Below are positions 36,601 through 46,720 of a stretch of DNA of 64,000 bases, piece after piece. Each line of letters opens with the position of its first letter. Position 1 is the stretch's first letter. Origin of the DNA: a virus (lineage: Duplodnaviria; Caudoviricetes). The notes below the pieces were generated by a model that was not told the origin of the DNA, did no database searches, and saw only the letters and a list, made by a program, of their open reading frames with translations. The DNA is taken from positions 50,967 through 114,966 of IMG/VR virus record IMGVR_UViG_3300032332_000934. One strand, written 5' to 3'. The translations under genes were made by a program, and so were the position numbers.

Positions 36601-36878
36601 TTTGGTCTTGCAAAAGAGTCTGTAGGTGTATCAGTATTGCCAGTTGTATAAACCATATATTTAATTCCTGGAGATAGAGGTCTAAATGGTTTATATATTG
36701 CATCTATTGGAAATAGCTTCTTAAAAGCTTTCTCATATGTATTTGTTAGGGCTGAAGATTCCGCTTTGATATATTCAACCATTGAGTTTAGGTTATATTC
36801 TAGGGTACCGCCTGCTGAAGTTGAAATTGCAGAACTTTTTTTAAGAAGATCTTTTGTAATATTTGAAACAGCTATCAT
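33615..36878 (-). CDS. Large minor tail (hub/tip) protein
   Basis: Follows Dit-like gene; C-terminal GNPLISAGDIV motif. Confidence 0.7.
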   Translation of the reverse strand: MIAVSNITKDLLKKSSAISTSAGGTLEYNLNSMVEYIKAESSALTNTYEKAFKKLFPIDAIYKPFRPLSPGIKYMVYTTGNTDTPTDSFARPKDIDPGTKPRLYYPGPDMVYKYWLAPKNTNIDISLEYFSDEAKTINKLIPANKILARFETSHDTPTSWTITAVKEDNTTVSASGTTLNSSGEAIIHYNGTTWSTTEPSTYTTTQYFKKVSLQAVNSNTGKLIGVIEFSPRWVLPIDSDIISFRVNKETTSDSTSIVPVGIITANYLSMSIMKPHTTSKSIIEYDRKSVIDNTKIYLFKNVMVKPYINIGDGITSEKAIQGTFYVNSWTLSEFGEANIEATDAAKILQDTLCPQLLIQDSPVTATIKRILDSIGFSNYRINVKKTNGIVDDNSIPSLTYWWSDGDKTVWDVLQELCRDIQMNAFVDEYNVLNFYTRNYIYDNTIDAAWTFTSEEIKTGSVISYSPNIISLDAEELFSANQVRVRYSTAFVSTNQQSSSPLWKSSESFLGAGSLATDISDSSTIFQLNPNTINSARTDKVLGEFSGYVLVNGEIIEYEGLWYQYVPSSTGVPTRVLIKNQSDIWKYSALAKTGYKNFYPTGEYNIKTRGALSTSKTDHKKTLDSYVNQSGESDSNKFNLYNIILATPDTAKLKPGVGKLSTPASATGETISKSYLAVSNLDTDKKTFDIALKSFNSIEIDNPYVAYGTRMFFDSQVNSPEQVGGIGFCLDSTGKNGYYVLIRTTAFSGLQKDIMVIKVKDNKLKVLKDSQQTSTKTLSGIYAGSSYNVDVLVKRESLSGNIFKNTITVFINGFKITAVDAGDDSTNTYIPPTAITKNVGLHCGQGIAYFEYLYAKSINEAVYNTNNLTQSYQHSGVYADDTLSMLYGDLIYNDGGTTADQSGALFEFGTTAREIRKTKIQYDDRPAIPIQFRTSLNKYATILDQRLQPFGAESYVLNNTSTTIILDDSNNTSFYVLGNSIQRSGVIDYDTDQSTDSENKESVIFESSWIQSEEDAKLLAEWIKSNILNKGKSISMSVFGNPLISAGDIVKINYPILGLTESSNKYIVTRCTLDYAEGVRTEISCRAI

Positions 36879-37465
36879 ACCTGCTCCAGGGATAAGTTAA
36901 CACTCCAAAATGGTTGTAGTCCTCTTTTTATAATTGTAAAATCGCATGAGCTGAACATCATTGTATAAGTATAATCATCTGCTAATGCTCCGTCAGACTG
37001 TTCAACTAAATCTATAGAAAAAACTGTTGGATTCAATTTGATTCTAAATGGAAGACGCCCTGCAGTGCTTTCATAAAAATTCTTTAAATCTTCTGCTCCC
37101 CAGGCACCGTCTACCGTTTCGTTTCTAAAAGATGGCAACATTTCCCAGGATACATTTACTGATAACTTATCTGCAATAAAATATTTCCTCATTATTCCAT
37201 TTGCCATTCTCTGTCCAGTTTCAATTCTATTAATATTAAGAGATAATGGTGATCGATTATGCTCAGTAACTCTTCTAAATTTTAATTGATTTTTAGAACT
37301 AAGAGATAAATTATTTACAGTTGCAGTTGCAGAATTATATGTAGATCCTGGAGCGGTAACTGTAGCACCCTTATAATCAAATGAATTTGTTGCTGGATCA
37401 ATTGCAAATGGATCAATTGCCTCAATATAAAGTATTGAGCCTTTGCTTAAATTTTGAAAACTCAT
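36875..37465 (-). CDS. Distal tail-like protein
   Basis: Directly after tape measure; RMANG.MR, VSWEMLPS, ends LEQV. Confidence 0.65.
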   Translation of the reverse strand: MSFQNLSKGSILYIEAIDPFAIDPATNSFDYKGATVTAPGSTYNSATATVNNLSLSSKNQLKFRRVTEHNRSPLSLNINRIETGQRMANGIMRKYFIADKLSVNVSWEMLPSFRNETVDGAWGAEDLKNFYESTAGRLPFRIKLNPTVFSIDLVEQSDGALADDYTYTMMFSSCDFTIIKRGLQPFWSVNLSLEQV

Positions 37466-40400
37466 TATGGACCAACCCTTCTATTTACTCCAGCAGCCAT
37501 TTCTCTAATTCTCATTTCTTTATGTATTGAAGCGGCAACTTCATCTGCTGTAAGATTAGTTCCATTTAACTCGACATTAATATTATACAATGAGTTTGAA
37601 GAGGAAGCAAGGCCGCCGTCTGCATATCTTACACGGCCACCACTTGACATCTTAGGAACATTATAACTAACCATTCCTCCAGATGCCATTCTATTAATAC
37701 TATCTAGCATTGGAACTCCAGCTGCTTGAACAGCTTTTGCATTTATTACATATTCACCATTTGAAAGCATTGCTGGAATAGAATCAGATGTTGGTGTTCC
37801 TGCTCCAGATATATATCCACCAGTAGCGGCTTTGATTCTAGATCCCTTGGTTTTTGTTTTATCATCCCAAGCGTAAACTTCTGTTCCGCTTTCATTGCTT
37901 ACATAGTCTTTACCGTTCCAACTAAATCTATACCATACAGTATCATTAATAGAAACCATTTTTGATGATCCTGCAGATCTAGCTTTTTTAGCTGCTTCCA
38001 AAGCTGTTTTCCCAGAACCAGATTGAATTTTATCTGGCCCAAATTCTACAGTTCCTTTTGGTGCTGGTCCCTTATATCCACCAAGAGCTCTTACAACTTC
38101 ATCCTTTAACTCTTTAAGAGTTGTTCCGCCAGTAATTGCTAATGCTAATTTTTCAACAGCTGCTAAGTCTTTATTAAATTGATTTAATACACTTGAATTT
38201 GTTGTTATATTTGATGAAAGTATTGGTTTACCATTTTTATCAAATCCAGTAGGTGATCCAGTTGTTGTTGTAGTTGGTGATTTAGGACTTCCATCTGCAT
38301 TAAAATATGCTGCAAAAGCATCTCTTGTTGTTTTAGCAGATGCGCTTGACCCAGTGCCAGATTTTTGAATTTCTTTAATTAATGCAATAAGCTCTGATGT
38401 TACTTTTGCTTCTGCGTCAGCTTTTTCTTTTGCTGGAAGAAGCTTTGCATCAATTGCTCTTGTAGTAAGGTCACTATATCTTGTTTGAAAGCCAGTTAGC
38501 TTTGTAACAATTTCAGCAGCAGATGCTGAATTATCTTGAGCATTTTGAAATGCTACTGTTGTTTTATCAGATGCATTTTGAATTCCCTCTGCTTGTTTTT
38601 CTAATGGAGCTTTAGCTTTTATTGCAGCATCTTCAATTGCTTTAGATGCTAACTCACTTTGTCTATTTGATGTAAGTTGATCAATATCTAGCTGTGCTCT
38701 TGTAGCAGTAGCCATATCTCCACGAGAAACTGCATCTGCATATTCTATTTGAAGTTTTTGTAATTCTATTGCATAATTTGATGCATCTTGAGTTGCTTTT
38801 AAAGCTTCTAATTTTTTATTTTTCTCATCTTCAATAAGCTTAATTTTTTTAGCAATTAACTTAAGTTCTTCTTGTGCACTTCTTTGTGCAGCTGCTGCAG
38901 ATCTTTGAGATGCAGCTGATGTTAACTTTATGCTATTTTGTAATTTTGTTAATGCTGCGCCGAGGGTACCAAACGTTGTTTCTGATCCAGCTGCTTTTGT
39001 TAAATCAGAGATTCCTGTTCCAATAGCTGATGTAAATCCAGCTAGTTTAATTGCTAATGTAGAATCAATTTTGCTTAAATCAATATTAATATTAGCTGTA
39101 AACAATTTCCATTTTGCTAATATTCCCTTTATGCTATCTGCCTCATTTGCAATTGATGCCAGCAGAGGTTGGGTTTTTTGAAGATTTGAATAAACATCTG
39201 ACCCAATTGCATTATTAATTCCTGGATTATTTTTTTCTGCATTAGACATAATTATTTGATAGGCTTTATACTCGTCAATAACATTTCCTAATTCATCTTT
39301 AGTTCCCACCAAGGAGGTTGTGGCATTTGTAAATACATTTATTAATCCCTCAAAACCATTTCCAACTTCTTTATACCAATCAGCTGTACCAGATCCTTTG
39401 TTCAAAGTATTTACTAGGTTACCAACTGAAAATTCTGCAGCTGAAGCTTTATCAATAATAGCTCCAAATTCTGTATCCGCAAGAACTTTATATGACTGAG
39501 ATGCTTTATTACTATTAGACAAAGCTCCCCAAATTTTTCTATTTGCCTCTTCAACACTTAAGCCAGCAGCAATCATTTGAGCTTTTTGATTTGATACTAG
39601 TCTATTTGTTTCTGATGAGCTTGAAGACCTATTAATAGATTCAATTAAATCTTTTAACCCTTTGCCTTCTTCTTTAGCTTTTTTCATATCTTCTATTGAT
39701 TGTGGCAATCCTGGCATTCCAATTCCACTATAAGAAGAACCTTTTGCTGCTGCAGTTACTGTTTTTTGCTTATCAATATACATTTGCATTGTTTCTTGAA
39801 GATTAAAATATTTTATTCCTGCTTGCTCGGCAGCTTTTGCAGTCATGGAAAGACCCATACGGGCATCTTGCCAATCATCTTGAACTCTTTTATAAATTTT
39901 AAATCCTTCAAATACTGCAGTTATTGCAAGTCCTACTGGGCCAAAGCCTTTTAAAACATTTAATGCTTTAGATGAAATTTCAGTAAGCGAAAGTGCTCCG
40001 CCTCTTAAAGATGTTAGTGCACCACTAACTGAAGCAATTCCAGCCTTTGCTTTATCTGCCATGGCAACCCATGGAATCATTGGAAGAATGCTTGAGCCAA
40101 TCATCAATCCCATACCAGCTTGCATTCCAGTTAGTCCGCCAACTTTTTCTTGCTGCATCATTGCCATTCCAGCCATTGATCCAGCCATACCAATTCCCAT
40201 TTGAGCTCCCATACCCATTCCGTTTGATCTTGGAATTGCATGTCCTGCTGCTGCAGCTTGTTTTGCACTCATTGCTTGGCCATTAACCATGTATTCAGTT
40301 TTTCTAAAACCTAAGCTTCCAACTTTTCTTTTTTCAATTCCTTCTTGGCCAGTTGGTTTCCATGAACCAATAATTCCTGGGCCAGTCATCATACCAACCT

Positions 40401-43400
40401 GCTTGCCAGTTGAAAGATTTATTGGCATTCCAGTTACTGGATGAAGTCCATATGCTCCAGGATATGCTTGTCCAAGTCTTCCAGCATTTTCTGCACGAAC
40501 TCCAGAAGCAAAAATACTTCCAGTTGCTTGCATCATTGTTGCTTTCATTCTCATTGTTGCAAGTGCTGATCTACCTGAGTTAACCATATTTTTTGTAAAC
40601 TCTTGATAAGCCTGCTTAACGTGAGTTCCAGATGTCATCAATCCATATCTTAATGTAACTGCACCCTTAGTAGCTGAGTTTGCAAGCAATGTAAATCCTG
40701 CTTCTAAATATCTTGCCTTCATAATTGCAGAGTTTCTAAATGGATCAACTATATTGTTAACCATTACTTGGCCAGGATTATAAAAACTTGTTGTTCCAGT
40801 TCTAACCGCTTCTCTTCCAAGTCCAGATGTTAGAGCTTGCTGTCCAGACATCTGATGAGAGGCTGCTCTAGAGGCTGCGGCTCTTGCATCTCTTTCTCTT
40901 TGTGCACGTTGCTCAGATTCCCATGCAGCTCTAGCAGCTGGGTTTCCAGGTCTTCCGTAAGCATGTCGGCCTCTTTGGATTGATCCTCCTATTGGGCCTC
41001 CGCTATTTCTTTTTGCCTGAACATGAACTGCGTGTAATGGTGTAAAGTCTGTCTCCATTCCAGCTTCAAATCTTTGTAGTAATTTAATGTATGGGGCTCT
41101 ATCTGCTTTTGGCATACTAGCAATAAACTTAACAAGCTTTGGATGCATTTTTTTCATAGCAGATTTCATTTTTCTGTCATACTGCTTTGCTGTCATTCCA
41201 CCAGCAATTGGTGCTGTGTTTACTGCAAAATCTTTTCTTGCCCCTCCTTTAACTCCAAGGAGATTTATCATTGCCTGCTCTCTCATTGAAGGAAGTGACT
41301 TTGCAAACTCTGTGTTACCAGATGCTTTTGGAAAAACTCCAGCTGCTCCGACATCAGCTAAAACATTTCCAAATACGTTTGATGGGGAAAGGTCTTTGTT
41401 ATTCATTACTAAAGAAGCAATTGTTTGTCTAATCATTTCATCTTCTGTGAATTGAGTTCCACCGCCAGCAAATCTTTTATCAAATGGTGATTCTAAACCT
41501 AGCAACTTTGATTTTCCAGATGGGTCAAGCGGGTTCAATATTGTTTTAATTGTTTGTTCTGGTGCATCTAAGCCAAAAACTTCCCTAGCCATTCTAGTTC
41601 CATATATTTCTGCTTTTGCAGATATTTCATTTGGAACACCCTTAAAGAATTTAAGATTTCCATTAGTGTCTTTATATAAACCAGAAACTCCAGGAACTGG
41701 ATAACTCATACCAGAACTTGGCTGGATCATATGACCATATTCGGTTGGGGCCATGCTTCCATAAGGACCATCAGCTGTTTGCTTTGACATAGCTCGTGCT
41801 GACTCTAAAATCTTAAGCTGTTTTCCTGGTGATAGCAAACTTAATAATGAAGATGTGGTAGTCACTTTATTTCTATTAGCTACTGCTTCTTTAATCCAAG
41901 GATACTTTATCATATCCGCCTCGCGCTTTTTAGCATTTGCTTCTTGCTGAGCTAGCCTTAAAGCTTCTAGTCTTGGAGATAGCGGAGGAATTCCATACGA
42001 AGATCGATTTGCAGATATTGATCCGCCTGGAATAATTCCACCCTTATTAAGCAGAACTGGAATAGGAGGCCTTCCTCTAAATACCCATTTCTTTCTAGAT
42101 GCAGCGGCTTCTAGCAACATACTTAATGAACTTCTTTGGTTCTTGGTTGATCTTACTACATTTCCAGATTGAATTTGAGCTTTGCTCTTAAATAATCCAT
42201 CATCTTGTAGTGCTGTAAATATATCATTTGGCGTAGCAATTCTTGAAAGCCCAACATTTTTTAATGCTAACTCAAGATTTTTTCTTGCATCTAAACCAGT
42301 TAAACTTAAAACATCTGGAGATATTCCTATTTTTTGAAGTGTAGCCATTACACTATTTATATCATGAGGAAGAACTGCAGCAACACCCATATGACCTCTA
42401 GTTGCATATCCAACCTGCCCATGTCTTAGCAGATGACCTCTTACATTTCTATCCAATAATGGTGAGCCGTTCGGATTAATTTTTGTTGGAGTTACATTTT
42501 CAACTAAATCCCATACATTTTCAAATGCTTTGCTATTTAACATAGCATCTCTTACTTTATTTAAATTATTATTTAAACCCTTACTAGCAGTAGTTCGTGT
42601 TGCAGCAGAATTTGGATGCTTTAATGCTGGGTATCTTCTTTCAAGGCCCTTGACCTGCTTAATTCTTTGTTCAATAAATTTTTCTAGAGATCCACCAGAA
42701 GATGCTTTTGCTAAATCAAAATTGCTTGAAGCAGCTCTAATAGCTCTTTCTGGAGACATTTTAGCATACTCAACTAGTTCAGATGCATCAAGCATAATCA
42801 TTCTTAGTCTAACATCATCTTCATATCTTGGATTATTAATAAATCTTAAATATTCCTTCATCTGTTTTTTAAATTCAGTTTTATTAATGCCATTTGGAGT
42901 ATTGACTGTTTCTCTTCCATAACCAGATACACCACTCATTATTTGCCCGCCAAAATTATATCCATTATTTGCTGCATCAATTGCAGCATAAAGCTCTGGC
43001 ATTTTTTGAATCTTTGGACCAAACACAGTTTCCCGTGGAGTAAGTGCTGCTGTTATTTCTCCGCCATTTTCATAAGTAGCTGATGCCATTGCAATAAGTG
43101 GTGCGTTTGCTGGATCCATTGAAGCACCTTGGTTTAACACATATCCACCTATTGGTACACTGCCAAGTCGATCATCATAATTTATTGATGATGGGCCAGA
43201 TACTGTTGTTCTATTAGGACCAAATGATTCTACATCTCCACCAGTATTAAATTTTGGAAGTCTTGTTGTTTGAATACTATATGGTGCTCCAAAGGTTCTA
43301 ACCCCACGTAATCTTCCAAACTCTTCCATTACAGAAGCATTTGCTTTTTTCTTATATAAATCTCTTAATGTAAATTGTCCATTAGTATCAACAACAGGTT

Positions 43401-45945
43401 GATTCATCATTGGAGCTTTTGTTGGATCTAATACTCTTCCTCTAGAAATAGCAAGCATCTGTATTTCACCTGACATTTGAGATTCAATGCTGGCATTAAG
43501 GGCTAATATTTTAGCTTTTGCTTCTTCTACTGTAATTTCAGCATTTCTCATTTGTTGTACAATCAATGCTGATTGATCTGCTGCAGAGATTGCAAATTTT
43601 TGAGTTATTGGCAATATGTCATCAAATGTATTTAATAATTCTGCACTAACAGTTCCGCCCATTGCAATTGTTTTCTTTAGTGCGGCAACCTCTTGCTCTG
43701 TTTGCATACCAAGCGTAGCCATAAGAGCATGGAATTTTGCAGCTTCTGCTGGTACAATTCCAGTTGAAATTCCTTTTACACTAGTAAGACCTTCAATATT
43801 TGGAAGCCTTTCATGCATATACATTTGAGGAGTTCTTGATATCCCTCTGTTAACTGGAACTGCTCCTGGAACTCCACCAAATATAGTTGCAGGATTATTA
43901 GCATCTCTAGGATTAATATGAGACATAGATCTAGTATTAGGATCTCCAACATAAGGATCATTAGGATCAACTACTCTTCTGCCTGCTGCCATAACTGGAT
44001 TGCCAGCAACTGTACTAATTGCTCCATTGACTGGCACAGCATTTTTCATTGATGCTGATTGAAGATTTTGATAATCTAAAACAAGCTTTTGTAATGCATT
44101 GTGTAAAACTTGAGCTGCTGCAGCATCTGAATAAAATGCATTTTCAACCATAAGTGCTGCTTTTTCAGCGGCAATAATTTCTGGAGTAAGCATTTTCCAT
44201 CCATGAGCTTTTTGAAAAAATGCTCTAAGTTGCACAACGCCTTTAGTTATATAACCAAAGAAGTTTGCAAGTACACCAGTTAACATAATAAGTGGTCCAA
44301 CTAAAGCAGTAAATCCTGCCATAAAAGTAAGAGCTTTTTTAATTGGCGTTGGAAGCCCAGTAAAGAAATCTAGAATTTTTGAAGCTGCATTAATAAATTT
44401 AGTAGCCACACCAAGAAATTCTTCACCTACAGATGCAAGCTCTGCTCTTAATCCTTCCATTGCTCTTTTATATTTACCTGATGCAGACTCTGTAACCATT
44501 CCTAATTCTCGACTAGCAACTGCTGCTAGATCTGATGTACTGGCTTTCATTAATTCCATAACCTGAACTGTTTGACTACCCTGTTTGCCTAAATTATTAA
44601 GTAAAGCACTCATTCTTGCAAACTGAAATTTGCCAAACATTTGTTCTAACGCTCTGGCTTTACTTAATGGGTCAAGCTTATCTAATGCTGATTGAAGATC
44701 AAGCAATAAACCTGTTGTATTACCAGTATTTTTTGCAACCATTCCCATAACATCAATACCAAACCCCGCCATCATTCCTGTTGTTTGTTTTGTTGGATTT
44801 ATTAGAGAAGCTAAACCAGACTTTAGTGCATTTGCGCCTTCAGCAGCACTAATTCCACCTTCACGCATAGCAGTTAAATAAAGAGCTAAATCTTTTACGC
44901 TACCTCCTAATTGATTAATAACTGGACCAGCTTTTGGAATTGCTTCTACCAGATCGTTAAGAGTTGTTGAAGTTTGGTTTTCTACTGCGTTTAAAAAGTT
45001 AATTGATTCCGTAAGCTCTTTTGTGTTTTGTTTAAAAGCTGTTTGAATTGATAGTGTAGCTTTCATTGCATCTTGTCTATCAACTTCACCCAGGATAGAT
45101 AGTCTAGTTGTTTCTGTTATTGATCCTAAAAGATCATTTCCAGTTTTTCCAGTTGCGGCAATATCAGCACCTAATGAAATAGTATCTTTAAATGAGGCAC
45201 CCATAGTTTGAGATAATGTTTTTGCAGTTTGTACAACTTCATCTCTGATGGCTTTTAAGTCTGTTGCGGAAGTAGCAGCTAGCCCTCCATAAACTTTTGT
45301 TAATCTTACTAGCTCTGCATCAGCTTCTCTAAATGCTTTTCCTGCTGCTGCGCCAAACATTGTTAAAGGAACTGTAAGCCCAACTGTTAATTGACGACCT
45401 GCCCACTGAGTATTTTTACCCCAATTAATTAATGATGTTGCTCCTTCAGATAATGCACGATTCATAATTTGCATTTCCATACGAGCTAATTGAGCACTAT
45501 TTCTTACAGCATCCAATCCTCTAGGAATCATTACATTATATTGCATTAAACCCTGAGCATTTCTTCCCAGTGGCTGCATCACGGCATTTTGAAGCATTAC
45601 CTGTTCTTTAGCAAGCTCCCTAATCATTCCTTTTTGGGAAGTGGCATGCTCTCTAAAAGTTTGGAAATAGTTCTTAAGCTTTAATCTTCCTGCATCTAAA
45701 TTTTTACCAAACTTATCTACATCAGAATTAAGATTTACAAAGTGACTAGAGAATTGTCCGCTTCCAGTTAACGTATCTCTAAATAAATTATTTGCTAATT
45801 TTGTTGAAGAAGAAATTGCTTTATTTGAAGCAAGCAGTTCTCTTTGTAATTGCTGGAGACTCGAACTAGCCCTGTGTACTTCAGACACAAGGCTAGATAA
45901 GTCGGCTTTGGCGACTATCGAGGTTACAATTTGTTCGTCAGCCAC
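37465..45945 (-). CDS. Tape measure protein (2826 aa) with embedded extra domains
   Basis: Helical TMP core, GGYISGAGTPTSDSIPAMLSNGEYV motif, follows tail chaperones. Confidence 0.92.
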   Translation of the reverse strand: MADEQIVTSIVAKADLSSLVSEVHRASSSLQQLQRELLASNKAISSSTKLANNLFRDTLTGSGQFSSHFVNLNSDVDKFGKNLDAGRLKLKNYFQTFREHATSQKGMIRELAKEQVMLQNAVMQPLGRNAQGLMQYNVMIPRGLDAVRNSAQLARMEMQIMNRALSEGATSLINWGKNTQWAGRQLTVGLTVPLTMFGAAAGKAFREADAELVRLTKVYGGLAATSATDLKAIRDEVVQTAKTLSQTMGASFKDTISLGADIAATGKTGNDLLGSITETTRLSILGEVDRQDAMKATLSIQTAFKQNTKELTESINFLNAVENQTSTTLNDLVEAIPKAGPVINQLGGSVKDLALYLTAMREGGISAAEGANALKSGLASLINPTKQTTGMMAGFGIDVMGMVAKNTGNTTGLLLDLQSALDKLDPLSKARALEQMFGKFQFARMSALLNNLGKQGSQTVQVMELMKASTSDLAAVASRELGMVTESASGKYKRAMEGLRAELASVGEEFLGVATKFINAASKILDFFTGLPTPIKKALTFMAGFTALVGPLIMLTGVLANFFGYITKGVVQLRAFFQKAHGWKMLTPEIIAAEKAALMVENAFYSDAAAAQVLHNALQKLVLDYQNLQSASMKNAVPVNGAISTVAGNPVMAAGRRVVDPNDPYVGDPNTRSMSHINPRDANNPATIFGGVPGAVPVNRGISRTPQMYMHERLPNIEGLTSVKGISTGIVPAEAAKFHALMATLGMQTEQEVAALKKTIAMGGTVSAELLNTFDDILPITQKFAISAADQSALIVQQMRNAEITVEEAKAKILALNASIESQMSGEIQMLAISRGRVLDPTKAPMMNQPVVDTNGQFTLRDLYKKKANASVMEEFGRLRGVRTFGAPYSIQTTRLPKFNTGGDVESFGPNRTTVSGPSSINYDDRLGSVPIGGYVLNQGASMDPANAPLIAMASATYENGGEITAALTPRETVFGPKIQKMPELYAAIDAANNGYNFGGQIMSGVSGYGRETVNTPNGINKTEFKKQMKEYLRFINNPRYEDDVRLRMIMLDASELVEYAKMSPERAIRAASSNFDLAKASSGGSLEKFIEQRIKQVKGLERRYPALKHPNSAATRTTASKGLNNNLNKVRDAMLNSKAFENVWDLVENVTPTKINPNGSPLLDRNVRGHLLRHGQVGYATRGHMGVAAVLPHDINSVMATLQKIGISPDVLSLTGLDARKNLELALKNVGLSRIATPNDIFTALQDDGLFKSKAQIQSGNVVRSTKNQRSSLSMLLEAAASRKKWVFRGRPPIPVLLNKGGIIPGGSISANRSSYGIPPLSPRLEALRLAQQEANAKKREADMIKYPWIKEAVANRNKVTTTSSLLSLLSPGKQLKILESARAMSKQTADGPYGSMAPTEYGHMIQPSSGMSYPVPGVSGLYKDTNGNLKFFKGVPNEISAKAEIYGTRMAREVFGLDAPEQTIKTILNPLDPSGKSKLLGLESPFDKRFAGGGTQFTEDEMIRQTIASLVMNNKDLSPSNVFGNVLADVGAAGVFPKASGNTEFAKSLPSMREQAMINLLGVKGGARKDFAVNTAPIAGGMTAKQYDRKMKSAMKKMHPKLVKFIASMPKADRAPYIKLLQRFEAGMETDFTPLHAVHVQAKRNSGGPIGGSIQRGRHAYGRPGNPAARAAWESEQRAQRERDARAAASRAASHQMSGQQALTSGLGREAVRTGTTSFYNPGQVMVNNIVDPFRNSAIMKARYLEAGFTLLANSATKGAVTLRYGLMTSGTHVKQAYQEFTKNMVNSGRSALATMRMKATMMQATGSIFASGVRAENAGRLGQAYPGAYGLHPVTGMPINLSTGKQVGMMTGPGIIGSWKPTGQEGIEKRKVGSLGFRKTEYMVNGQAMSAKQAAAAGHAIPRSNGMGMGAQMGIGMAGSMAGMAMMQQEKVGGLTGMQAGMGLMIGSSILPMIPWVAMADKAKAGIASVSGALTSLRGGALSLTEISSKALNVLKGFGPVGLAITAVFEGFKIYKRVQDDWQDARMGLSMTAKAAEQAGIKYFNLQETMQMYIDKQKTVTAAAKGSSYSGIGMPGLPQSIEDMKKAKEEGKGLKDLIESINRSSSSSETNRLVSNQKAQMIAAGLSVEEANRKIWGALSNSNKASQSYKVLADTEFGAIIDKASAAEFSVGNLVNTLNKGSGTADWYKEVGNGFEGLINVFTNATTSLVGTKDELGNVIDEYKAYQIIMSNAEKNNPGINNAIGSDVYSNLQKTQPLLASIANEADSIKGILAKWKLFTANINIDLSKIDSTLAIKLAGFTSAIGTGISDLTKAAGSETTFGTLGAALTKLQNSIKLTSAASQRSAAAAQRSAQEELKLIAKKIKLIEDEKNKKLEALKATQDASNYAIELQKLQIEYADAVSRGDMATATRAQLDIDQLTSNRQSELASKAIEDAAIKAKAPLEKQAEGIQNASDKTTVAFQNAQDNSASAAEIVTKLTGFQTRYSDLTTRAIDAKLLPAKEKADAEAKVTSELIALIKEIQKSGTGSSASAKTTRDAFAAYFNADGSPKSPTTTTTGSPTGFDKNGKPILSSNITTNSSVLNQFNKDLAAVEKLALAITGGTTLKELKDEVVRALGGYKGPAPKGTVEFGPDKIQSGSGKTALEAAKKARSAGSSKMVSINDTVWYRFSWNGKDYVSNESGTEVYAWDDKTKTKGSRIKAATGGYISGAGTPTSDSIPAMLSNGEYVINAKAVQAAGVPMLDSINRMASGGMVSYNVPKMSSGGRVRYADGGLASSSNSLYNINVELNGTNLTADEVAASIHKEMRIREMAAGVNRRVGP

Positions 45946-46615
45946 TAATTACTCCTAGAGTATCCTAGCCCTGCGCCAATTCCAAATCCAGCTTGCGCTG
46001 CTAGAGGTCCTTGTAATCCAACAACATCATCTGATGATGCTGTAATTCCAAGAGCTCTTCTTTGGATATCTTCAAAGGTAGAACCTTTTTGTTTTTCTTC
46101 TTCTGCATCATCATCTAATTGAATTCCTTTTAGTGATGCTGCAAACTTTCTCTGGTTATGTTCTTTTTGATTCATTGCTGTTATGGTCTGAATCAATTCT
46201 GGCATTGATAAATTCTCTTCTAACTCCTCGTAATTCTTCCAATGTCCTAAAAGAAAAACTTGTCCCTCTAAAGCGGCTAAATCTAGTTCTGACCAGCCAG
46301 TACCGCTGCCGCTATTAGGTTTGGGTCGTCCATCTTAATTCCTCCACAAACTTCAAGGATTCTGTTAATAGTTGGAACATCCAATGCATCTTCAAGCTTA
46401 TCAAGATCAGCAACTAGATCTGGCAGTTGAGTTTCCAATGCCACTCCACATGCTTCAACTAAAATGCCGAGTGTTGCAGTCTCGTCTTCTGCATCTTGTA
46501 CTTTTTTAATTACTTCCATGAACTTTCGTAGTTGCTTGATTGATAGTGGCTTGAGCTTTACTTTAGCTCCGCTTTGTAGTTCAATCTCTTCTACATCATA
46601 TACAGTTGTTGCCAA
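45945..46615 (-). CDS. Tail assembly chaperone pair (G/GT); short form 46283-46615, long form via -1 frameshift
   Basis: -1 frame open from slippery site through GWSELDLAALEGQVFLLGHWKNYEELEE into ORF 45945..46205. Confidence 0.82.
46319..46325 (-). other. -1 ribosomal slippery heptamer C CCA AAC
   Basis: XXXYYYZ in frame (Asp-Pro-Asn) shortly before the stop of the short chaperone. Confidence 0.75.
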
Positions 46616-46643
46616 TTTATCCTCCTTAAGGATCGTCTAAATT

Positions 46644-46672
46644 ATTATAGCATAACCGTTATACGGATACAA
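46644..46672 (-). promoter_or_regulatory. Promoter for chaperone/tape measure
   Basis: TTGTAT-N17-TATAAT with TG extension. Confidence 0.55.
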
Positions 46673-46674
46673 CA

Positions 46675-46702
46675 CAAAAGCCTCCATTGCTGGAGGCCTT
46701 TG
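46675..46702 (-). terminator. Intrinsic terminator after major tail gene
   Basis: GCCTCCA-GCAA-TGGAGGC then TTTTG. Confidence 0.75.
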
Positions 46703-46720
46703 AGTTAATTATTTATATAA

